64,000 nucleotides of DNA from Mobula hypostoma (Eukaryota). Positions 52,105 through 62,834 of the stretch are shown here, one piece after another; within the stretch, counting starts at the first letter, position 1; each line of letters opens with the position of its first letter. Both the position numbers and the translations under genes were made by a program. The stretch lies in NCBI RefSeq assembly GCF_963921235.1, contig NC_086108.1, positions 107,138,001 to 107,202,000 of the forward strand, written 5' to 3'. The notes beneath the pieces were generated by a model. That model did no database searches. It had not been told where the DNA came from and saw only the letters and a program-made list of their open reading frames with translations.

Positions 52105-55100
52105 AACTGAGGGTGAAGGTGACGTATGGAGGCCAAACACAGCAGTTAGAGCTTTATGCATTGAGAAGTGAAGGGCCAGCACTTTTTGGATGTGAATATT
52201 TGAGAAAAATCCAACTTGTCAGGCACTCAATCAAAGCTCTCAGTGTGGCATCAACAAGCAACAGCAGCCCAAGTTGTAGCACTGACAAGAGACTGGGACA
52301 GCTGCTTAATGCTGATCAGAAAGTGTTTGAGAAGGGGATTGGTAAACTCAAAAGCATGAAGGTCGGAATTGAACTGGATGAAACAGCAACACCAAGGTTC
52401 CATGAAGCATGTCCAATGCCTTACGCACTACATCCTAAAGTGGACGTTGAACTAGAGAGCCTGGAGGCACCTGGAATTGTCTCTAAGGTTGAGTGGAGTG
52501 ATTGGGCCATGCCCATTGTTCTGGTGATCAAGGAAGGGAAGGCTGGAGCAATTTGCATATGTGGGGATTTCAAGGTGAGCATCAACCCAGTGCTGCATAC
52601 TGTGCAGTAAACTCTGCCACAAATAGAAGACACTTTTGTATCTTTGGCAGGTGGGGAGAGATTGACTTGTCACAAGTCTATCCGCAAATGGAGACTGAGG
52701 AGTCAAGCAGGAAGTTCCTCACAATCAACTCTCACAAAGGACAGCTCCAGAATAATCGTCTCGTCTTTGGTGTTACATCAGCTCCAGCAATTTGGCAAAG
52801 ACCAATGGTCCAATGCCCCAAGATATCCCAGGAGCTCAGTGTTACCTTGATGGCATCATTGTGAATTGTGACTGGCAAAAATGATGAGGAGCACCGCCAA
52901 ACTTTGGTAAGGTGCTTACCAAGCTGAGTGAGTATGGTCTGCGCACAAAGAGAGAGAAATGTGAATGAAGTCTCATAGTGTGGACATGTCTATGGCAAGC
53001 ATGGGTTACGCAATTCACAGGAGAAAAGTGAAGCAGTGTTTCAGGCACCCAAACTGGAAAATGTGTCGCAATTCAGGTCATACTTGGGCCTTGTAAACTA
53101 CTACCTCTGGTTTCTCCCAAACATTGCTACAGTGCTGCATCCATTGAATGCACTGTTTCAGACAGGGGCAAAGTGGGAATGGTCAGAAAGATGTGAAAAA
53201 GCATTCAAGGAAACAAAGAGACTATTAACATGTAATGAACTGCTCACCTGTTATGACCTATGACCTATCCCTGCCCATCAGACTGGCATGTGATACGTCC
53301 CCTTATGGCACTGGAGCCACTTTGTCACAGATGGATCTGATCGCCCGATTGCATTTGTTTCAAGTTCACTGACAAGCACAGAACGCAACTACGCACAGAT
53401 CAACCGAGAGCCCCTTAGTCTAGTACAGGGAATAAAGAAGTTCTACCACTTCCTCTATGGACAAAAATTTATGCTTGTGACAGATCATGGGCCCCTTGAG
53501 TGCGTTTTCAATCCCAGGAAAGGAATCCAGTGATGACTGCTACCTGGTTGCAATGTTGGACACTATTTCTAGGAGCTCACTCTTATGACATAGAGTTCAA
53601 GGGTACCAAACAACATAGCAATACTGACAGCTTGTCAAGTCTTCCACTGTTGGCAACTGAACATGAAAAGTCTTCATACTGTGACCCAGCAGAAGTATTC
53701 TACGTTGCATTGGTGGACCAGTTGCTGGTAACAAATTCTGAAATACAAAGGGTAACAAAGAATGACCCAACATTGTCAAAAATGAAATCACTATGCAAGG
53801 ATGGCCAGCTCATGGTAACCCTATGTTTCTAAAGTTCTCAGCAAGATGAGACCAACTATCGGTATATCGAAGAACAATGATATGTAGGTCTCATGTTGTG
53901 GTTCCTTCTAAGCTGCTCATCAGAGTGTTAGAGAAATTGCATAAAGGATACCATGAAGAATCTCAACTGGAGCGATAAATAGATAAATAGATTGAAGATT
54001 TGGCCAAAATCTGTGTGGGACGCCAATAAGTTCAAAATGCAATCACAGGCACCGTTACACCCATGGGAGTGGCCATCATCACCATAGCAAGGAGTACATA
54101 TTGACTTTGCTGGACCATTCTAGGACGCCATGTTTCTGATTACTGTGGATGCTCATTTGAAGTGGCCAGAGGTTATACCAATGAAGTCAATCACCTCAGC
54201 AAAGACTGTCGCTGCGCTGAGAACTATCTTCACCAGAAACAGCTTACCAGAACAAATAGTGAGTGACAGTGGACCACAATACACGTCAGAAGAATTCCAA
54301 CTGTTCATGAAGAAAAATGGCATCAGACATTTCAAGTCAGCTCCTCACCACCCAGTAACAAATGGGTCAGCGGAAAGGTTTAACCAAATCTTCAAGAAGT
54401 CCATTAAGGCGATGAACATTTCTCTACAGCTCAAGGTGGACAAGTTCCTTTTGGTCTACAGTATTGGAACTCTGTTCATGCGACAACAAATCAAACACCT
54501 GCAATGCTGTTCATGAACAAGAATCTGAGATCTCACATGGACCTTCTGAAACCAGACCTATGAAGGGAAGTGCAGAATAAACAGGTCAGCCAGTTGCCAA
54601 GTAGATAAGCAAGGACCTTTGAGATTGGACAGGAACTCCTAGCATGTGATTACCAAGAAGACAAGTGAGCACCCAGCAGAATAACTACAAGAAATGGACG
54701 ACTGATCTACACAGTGGATATTGATCAGACATGGAGACGTCATGTGGACCAGATACAGGATGCTCAGTCGAAGAACTCACCTGAGTTCACTGCATCCAAC
54801 AAGACGGACACATTACAGTCACTGGACTTACCTATCAATGACGATGTCACTGACAGCAACGTGACACCGGAAACCAAGAACATTGACTTAGCACATTCAC
54901 CTACCAAACCTGGTGCCATTCCACAAGTCTAGAGGTCCTGAAAGAAACAGAGCGCCACCTAACAGACTGAATCTTTAGAACTCTGAAGTTAGTTATGAAC
55001 GGTTATTGTGAAAATATGTATATTTGGAATATGGGTTTATGAAAGGGAATTTGAATGTTTTGTACATATATAGTTTTATATTGCATTAAAGGGGTGGGGA

Positions 55101-55268
55101 AGTATAATGTATGGATCTATTTCTTTTAGAGCAATGACCCCCCCCCCTTAGCATGTAATCTGTTGTCTGTGCATGTGCATTACTCTCTCTCACTGCAATA
55201 TGAATACACCAGTTAACGCCATCGCCCGCTTGCATCCTTTTATTTAATAATTGTGCACAGACACAGCA
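52105..55268 (+). mobile_element. Degenerate Ty3/Gypsy LTR retrotransposon (pol + PPT + 3' LTR; gag and 5' LTR absent)
   Basis: Order protease end (EGPALFG), RT (SDWAMPIV, ICGDFKVSIN), RNase H (SYLGLVNYY, LACDTS-like), integrase (VDAHLKWPEV, IVSDSGPQYTS, HPVTNGSAERF); purine tract 55088-55102 then a short LTR-like segment; many stops and frameshifts. Confidence 0.9.
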
Positions 55269-55796
55269 GCAGACAAAAAGGAGAAAGAAAAAGTAACAGA
55301 GAGGAAAAGAATGATTTTATAAGTGACAGAGACATTCTGATTTGAAGGGATGGCAATTCATAAAAAAATGATTAAAATCAGGGATGAGCAAGGTGCATGA
55401 ATGAAATTGGTGCTGATGTTTAGGAGTAATGTAAGGATTGGAATAGAAAGAAACCAAGGATGATTTGAAGACAATGGTGAGAATGTGAAAACAGAATCGC
55501 GGTGGGACAAGCTGGGAGCCAGCATGGGTCAGGAATCTCAGTAGCACAAGGTGAGGTGAGATAGGACACAGGCACTGATTCTATCACAGGGCCATAAACA
55601 CTTCCCGAGTTAGTAGCTTACAAGTAGGTAACTGATCCAGGTGACTCCTCAGTTCCAGATAGCTGCAAAACACTGTTCTTTAAAGTGTTGAAGTTTCGAG
55701 ACAGTGCAGGGGCTGCCATTACTCCTAGAGCCTGATCCCTGAGAGGCTCGCTACATAATGTGAGCAGGTTAAATACATCCAGATTCCCAACTTTAC

Positions 55797-55879
55797 CTTC
55801 ACTGTGCGGCTGCAGCACAAACGAGAGGGACGTAAGCTCAAAGCACCACATGGAGAGTGTCCAAAATCTAGTCAACATG
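55797..55879 (-). CDS. Candidate host coding exon, possibly a signal peptide (MLTRFWTLSMWCFELTSLSFVLQPHSE|G)
   Basis: In non-repetitive sequence; acceptor TTGTCCTTCCTCCTGTAG, donor GAAG|GTAAAG; only one open frame; phase-1 end. No gene recognised. Confidence 0.35.
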
Positions 55880-57103
55880 CTACAGGAGGAAGGACAACAG
55901 ACAATAGCCAGATCCAAGAAAGTTTGGAGACTGTCATATTGGACACATACATTCCTCGTAGCCAAGACAGAGTTGGTAACACAAGACAGAAAATAAATAA
56001 GGGCAACAGGAGGGTGCTTGGTCCAGTGAAGCTTGTCCTCTAGCGATGTTATGAATGGTTCTCCTGGACCAAGAATGTTTCTCCCAACATTTGTCATGCT
56101 CTGATAAGCTGCTAACAGGTCATCAAGCCACTCCTGTCTGTCTGAAGTGCTTAGCAAGCAAATTCAACAAGGAATGCAGGTCTAATGCATGGTGCATTCA
56201 ATTATAGAACATAGAACTTTACAACAAAATTCAAGCTCACAATGTTGTACTGACTTTTTAACCTACCCTATGATCAACCTAACCCTTCCTTCTTACAAAT
56301 CCCTCCACTTTTCTATCATCCACGTGCCTGTCGAAGAGTTTCCTAAAAGCCCCCGATGTATCTGCCTCTACCACCCACCAGCCATGGCAGGGCATTTCGT
56401 GCACCCATCACTCTCTCTGTAAAGAACTTACCTCTGACACCTCCCCAATGCTTTCCTCCAATTACCTTAAAATGATACCGCCCTGTATTACCACAGGAGT
56501 TCCCAACCTGGGGTCCATGGACTCCTCAATTAATGGTAGGGGTCTATCGCATGAAAATGGTTTAGAACTCCAGTAATTGGCCATTTCCATCCTGGGGAAA
56601 AAGTCTTTGTTATCTAGTTGAGATATGCTTCTTGTCATCTTGTAATTCAATCACTCAAGTTCAGTTTAGTCTTTCACAAAGCGGTTGCCTATTGGTGGGG
56701 CTTCTGGTGGGTGTAGTGGCTGATCTGGGATCCACCTACTCCAGGATGGAGGATGCCTGTGCGTGACTTTGTTTACCATGGGAACGCTAGTGCATGGGCA
56801 GCCACCACACAGTCCCTGACAGATTGGGGTCAGGATACAGTGGCATGGGATGCAAGACGATTTGGGATCCTTCACTGGTGCAGCTTTCCTCCTCCTAAAC
56901 TGCTGCTCTGATGTGTCATCACCTTCTGCCAGTTTCACCACTGGGATCTTGATTGGATCGTTCTTTGGATGGAATATCCCCCTTGACTTTACCACCAAGG
57001 GTGACCCTACCAGCTGCTAAGCGCCAGATAGTTAAACTCCAGACAAAATCGCTCTCAGGGTCTCAGACATGGACAAGACTTTCCATCATAGCAAGGTGAT
57101 GAT

Positions 57104-57770
57104 AGAACATAGAACATAGAATAGTGCAGCACAGTACAGGCCCTTCGGCCCACAATGTTGTGCCGACCCTCAAACCCTGCCTCCCATATAAGCCCCTACC
57201 TTAAATTCCTCCATATACTGTCTGGTAGTTTCTTAAACTTCACTAGTGTATCTGCCTCCACCACTGACTCAGGCAGTGCATTCCATGCACCAACCACTCT
57301 CTGAGTAAAAAATCTTTCTCCAATATCCTCCTTGAACTTCCCACCCCTTACCTTAAAGCCAGGTCCTCTTGTATTGAGCAGTGGTGCCCTGGGGAAGAGG
57401 CGCTGGCTATCCACTCTATCTATTCCTCTTATTATCTTGTACACATCTATCATGTCTCCTCTCATCCTCCTTCTCTCCAGAGAGTAAAGCCCTAGCTCCC
57501 TTAATCTCTGATCATAATGCATACTTTCTAAACCAGGCAGCATCCTGGTAAATCTCCTCTGTACCCTTTCCAATGCTTCCACATCCTTCTGGTGAGGCGA
57601 CCAGAACTGGACACAGTACTCCAAGTGTGGCCTAACCAGAGTTTTATAGAGCTGCATCATTACATCGTGACTCTTAAACTCTATCCCTTGACTTATGAAA
57701 GCTAACACCCCATAAGCTTTCTTAACTACCCTATCCACCTGTGAGGCAACTTTCAGGGATCTGTGGACGT
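57104..57770 (-). mobile_element. Young CR1 3' fragment
   Basis: ORF 57196..57738, near-identical to 22810..23394; (TTCTATG)n tail. Confidence 0.9.
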
Positions 57771-60160
57771 GTATCCTTGAAGAAGAATCATATTGTACAC
57801 CTTTATCAAGTCACCTGTCATCCTCCTTTGCTCCAAAAAGAAAAGCCCTTGCTCACTCAATCTATCTTCATTAAGATTCAAAGATTTAAAGTTTGAAGTA
57901 CATTTATTATCAAGGTATGTATGCGGTATAAAATCCTGAGATTCATCTTTCCACAGACAGCCATGAAACAAAGAAACACCATAGAACCCGTTCAAGAAAA
58001 CATCGAACACCTTGCACACAAAAAAGGAACAAGCAGTGCAAACGGAAAGAAAATTAGCAAAAATACAGAGTATAAAACACCAAACCACATTGAAACAGTT
58101 TAGGAAATCTAAGAAAATTCAGTTTAGTTCAGTTCAATTTGATTTAGCACTGGGTTGTTCGTTGACTACAGGTGACAGATCCAGTCTGCCCCAATCAAAA
58201 TCTCACAAAATAACTACAAAAATTGAGTAACCAGAAACCAGAAACACATATAACAGGAACTGTAGAATCCAATCCACAAACCACGTCATTTAAACCTTGT
58301 CCAAGACCCAAGACTTTGGCAACCTCATGCAAGGTGGAGAGAGAGAGAGATTGGTCATACGTAAGCATCTTCCTCCAGGAGATGGTGAAGAAGATAGCGC
58401 CAGCGAACAATGTGAAAAAAAGGCAACGTCCTTCAGACAGTTCACAGTTCATAAGATCAGACATTAAAATTGGAACAAAGTTATGCATCATGACTTGAAT
58501 GCCAGAATGCATGCAATAAGGACACCTGCAACAGGAGAGCACTCAAGTAAATCATGAGCAACTTTGAGCAAATCATATACTGTGCATGACCTCTGGCTTT
58601 GGAGACCAGAGCTGTGCATTGACTAACATCCAAATAACAAATCCAACTCCTGAGGTTACTGCCAGAAAGCTAATGAGAGATTCTCAATCCTTTATCTCCC
58701 TGCTTAATTCATTCCCCCTGTAAATTTCTCACAGAACTCTCTTCTCTTATTCTCATTACTTCCCTGGCTTTTAGGACAGCAATGAAGGTCCTCCATCTCT
58801 GGTGATGTTCACAGCTTCTTTCATCATGTCAGTAGCTTCCCCTCAGGTTTCACTACTGTTAGTCACGCAAGTCCCCAGTGGAGACTCGGGAATACTGTTA
58901 CACTCAGATGTAGAAGGATTCTTCACTGCTCTTTCTGTAACAATTTTATTTGACCAGTCAGGTTTGTTAGCCCTGAGCTGAACCTCCTAACCTAGAGGAC
59001 CAGTGGACCACTCTTAGTCTGGCCTCTACCATTTAACCTGTCAGGCAAGGGCAACCTTAATAAGAGGCAACGAATATATCCTGACTCAAACCAAGATAGC
59101 TCTCTGGGACATTTAGGCAGGCAAGCCTCCAAACCACAACAAGATTGTGGTCCTCTTGGATGTTCTCCCAGAGCAAAATCAGAGGATCTGGGTCAGCACA
59201 AGGATACAATCATAAATGAAGAACTAGTGTCCTCTCTGATTACTGAAGGGTTATTTGTCTGTGCCACCAAGAAAATGAAAGGTCACAGCCTTCTTTTGGG
59301 CTGTGTCTTTACAAGATGTCAATACTCTTCAGAGATTGTATGCCTGGTATCAGTGGTTGCATAACCAGCAACTTATGATATGCACCAGCTGCTCATATGA
59401 TCATCCAGCATTTGCTTAAATGGCTTCACGTGACCCTGATCAGAGGGGAAGTGGCCAAGCAGGTGCTACACCTTGCTCAGGGGTGACTTGCAGGCTAGCA
59501 GAGGGAAGGAGCACCTGTACACCTCCTCTGGTAGAGACATACCTCAACCACGTCAACCTGGTGATCACCCACTTTAATTCCACTTTCCATTCCCATTCCG
59601 ACATGTTGGTCTCCAGTCCTGATGTAGGGTCTCGGCCCCAAGCATCGACTGCTTATTCCCCTCCACAGATGCTGCCTCACCTGCTGAATTCCTCCAGCAT
59701 CTTGCGTGCATTGCTCAAGGGGAGTGTCCAAGTTCCACACAGTCCGCAACAGAGGTCAGGATTGATCCCGGGTTTCTGGTGCTGTTAATCAGTGGACTGC
59801 ACTGCCCAATAAATCATATCCAAAGCCTCCGATGTGCCTACTGAATGGTGAAGAGGGTAGCAGTTCAGGCAACATCTGTGGAGGGAGAGAAACAGGTCAG
59901 TGACCCTACATCGATGCAAGAAATTCACCCCTCCATTCAGTTGTTGGTTACGCTTCATTCAAGCCTAATGAGGTCATCAAGTGCAATAGAATCACAGAGA
60001 ATTTCATGCAATATGGCAGCACGGTACAGGCCCTGCGGCACACAATATGGTGCCAACCTTTTCTCCTATTTCAAGATCAATCTAACTGTGATAGGGAGTA
60101 CACGGTAAACACACTCCTTACACACATGCATTCACTCACACAAACACTGTCTTGTCGTCC

Positions 60161-60356
60161 CGAAATGTCGACTGTACCTCTTCCTAGAGACGAAGGGTAT
60201 TGGCCCGAAATGTCGACTGTACCTCTTCCTAGAGACAAAGGGTCTCGGCCCGAAACGTCGACTTTACCTCTTCCTAGAGATGCTGCCTGGCCTGCTGCGT
60301 TCACCAGCAACTTTGATGTGTGTTCCTTGAATTTCCAGCATCTGCAGAATTCCTCA
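60161..60356 (+). mobile_element. Penelope terminal mini-insertion with a 45-bp tandem reiteration
   Basis: 13-bp TSD TGTCTTGTCGTCC (60148-60160, 60357-60369); units start at 60159, 60204, 60249. Confidence 0.85.
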
Positions 60357-61017
60357 TGTCTTGTCGTCCTGTTGTCATTGTGGAGAGCGTACACACTTCA
60401 ACGTCTTCCCTGGTATAGTTTTATAGTTAATCTATTGTTTTCCCTCCGTATTGCTTCATACGCTCAGAGTCAGATACAAAGTTTAGTTTGATTTTATTCT
60501 TTATTTGTACTTAACTGTAAGTGTGTCTTTGTGTTGAGCATTCTGCTGTTTCACACTGTCATGTACCGGCAAATATGTGGCGGCCGTTGGGTTCTAGACT
60601 GAGCTGATGCGCTCATGTTGGCTTAATGGTGCCTTCTCGCCATACACGCTGGAATATTCAATTTCTTTAGCAGTGGGAATGTGTGTATGTTGTGTGTATA
60701 CTGTGCTTAAGGTAGATGCTTCTGTTTGTTTTGTAATATGATTGTAACTACATTGTGGGGTGCATCATATTCTGATTCATTTGTAGTCTTATGTTAACTT
60801 TGTGGGTAATTAAAGATGGTATATCCTAGTGCATACAATAAGGAGCTCATTACCCTCAGTATGAGAGAGAGATAGAGGCTACAGGAGTTCACACTGGACA
60901 AGAATAAGTACTGAGCTATTATTGTGTTTTCTTGCACATATTGTTTCGTAAATATTGGCATTTTCTTTTCGCTATTTGCACTAATTTTTGATTTTTGACG
61001 ACCTTGCACTAAAGTGC

Positions 61018-61421
61018 TGTGGTAAACCACATATATACTGTAACTGGGTTAACTGTCTGGACATGCCCCTCTGCTGACTGCCCCTGTGGCTCCTCCCATG
61101 GATTCCTGTATAAAGGTGTTTCGCCTTGCCCCTCCCCTTCAGTCCAGGGGCAGACACTCAACATGGAGGTCGTATTCTACAGCGAGTAAAAGCCTTTCAG
61201 TATTTTACCCAACTTCAGTCTTTTGGAGTTATTGAAAGTGCTTCAATTTTATTCGCTGTACAATACAACCTCCATGCTGAGTGTCTGCCCCTGGACTGAG
61301 GGGGAGGGGCAAGGCAAAATCACCTTTATTCAGGTATCTGTGGGAGGAGCCACAGGGGCAGTCAGTAGAGGAGCATGTCCAGACAGTTAACCCAGTCACA
61401 ACATATATATGGTTTACCACA
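61018..61421. mobile_element. Palindromic TGT...ACA element with LTR-like arms and 5-bp TSD
   Basis: Arms 61018-61191 / 61247-61421; TSD AGTGC (61013-61017, 61422-61426). Confidence 0.85.
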
Positions 61422-61479
61422 AGTGCTAAGTGACTCCAGCCATTTTTTATTTGTTCATAACCTACATTTCTAACACTAA

Positions 61480-62620
61480 CTTTGAAGCAAAGTTCAAAGT
61501 ACATTTATTTTCAAAGTATGCATACTTTGACATTCTTCTTACAGGCAGTCAAAAAAACAAAGAAACCCAATAGAATGCATTAAAAAAGGAGACCATCAAA
61601 CAACCAATATGCAAACAAAAAAGAACAAATTATGCAAACAATAAAAAGTAAGCAAATAATATTCAGAGGTAAAATTCACGAAAGTGCGTTTACAGCCATG
61701 AAACCAGTCATCAGTGCAGCCGGTCCAGGAGCCCGTTAGTTGCAGCCCACAGCCTCAGTTCAGTGCAGAGACAAGGAAACCTTGCCAAGCATTGAACCGA
61801 CCACTGGCCTGTCCCTCGCCTGCAGCCCCGACACCCTAACCTTTTCAATCTGGCCTGGCACTTAAATTGGCCAAACATTGGCTCGTTCCTCGCTCTTGAA
61901 CCTGGGCCATGCTGCTTCAGTACAGTCCCGGGCCTGGGCCATGCTGCTTCAATATGGTCCCTGGCCTGAGCCTTGCCACTTCAGTACAGTCCTGGGCCTG
62001 GGCCATGCTGCTTCAGTACGGTCCCGGGCCTGGGCCATGCTGCTTCAATATGGTCCCTGGCCTGAGCCTTGCCACTTCAGTACAGTCATGGGCCTGGGCC
62101 ATGCTGCATCGATACGGTCTCGGGCCTGAGCCATGCTGCATCAATACGGTCCCGGGCCTGGTCCATGCTGCATCAATACGGTCATGGGACTGAGCCATGC
62201 CACCTCAATTTCATCCATGCCCAATATGTCCAATCTAACCCAGTGCTTAAGTTGGTCGAACATAAGCTCATTCCTTACTCTTTTGGGCCCAGGCCCCATT
62301 GCCTCGACTCTGCCTTGCCTCTCCTTGGATCTGCCACTTTGAATTAGCTCCAAGTCCACTCCAGCAATGACCGGACATTGGCTTGCTCTTCACTCTCAGG
62401 CCCAGGTTCTGCCACCTCCATTCAGCCCATACACGCCACACCACAACTGCCCTGCATCTTTCAGACTTCACTTCACAAAGCAAAAATTCCAGGTCACACA
62501 GGCCATCCACAGGCTATTGATTGCAGTGATCATGGTCCAGAAATAGTGTGATTAATTGAGTAGTTAATAGTTTTGTTTGCTGCCAGTAAAGCGTCACTGT
62601 AAGGTACCATCTTAAACCTG
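61480..62620 (-). mobile_element. Non-coding retroposon (starts near GTTTAAGATGGTACC) with Rex1-like tail and internal minisatellite
   Basis: Minus 3' end ...ACTTTGAAAATAAATGTACTTTGAACTTTG; same layout as 32355-33099. Confidence 0.5.
61901..62209. repeat. 32-bp minisatellite, about 9.5 units, with a 96-bp higher-order duplication
   Basis: Unit approx. CCTGGGCCATGCTGCTTCAGTACGGTCCCGGG; units 1-3 repeat as units 4-6. Confidence 0.9.
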
Positions 62621-62834
62621 GTCCCGGCATTTATCTTCCTCAGATAAAGCTGCCAAATGGTTGACAAGCATCTCCGATCAGCTTGTGGTGTCAAAGGAAC
62701 AAGTTCAACAATAAATGCAGATATAATACAGAGCATTAAAACATAAAACTTTACAGCTTAGTATAGGTCCTTTGGCCCACAATATTGTGCTGACATTTTA
62801 ACCTACTCAAAGATCAATCTAACCCTTCCCTCCA

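Noticed and set aside
52105..55268. Domesticated Gypsy gene or endogenous retrovirus
   Set aside because: Numerous stops and frameshifts, no env, no gag.
58195..58542. 115-aa ORF with acceptor-like CTCCTGTTGCAG
   Set aside because: Runs into a repeat; no convincing donor or homology.
61901..62209. CRISPR-like array (32-bp period)
   Set aside because: Units are contiguous with no unique spacers, no cas genes, and the context is eukaryotic.
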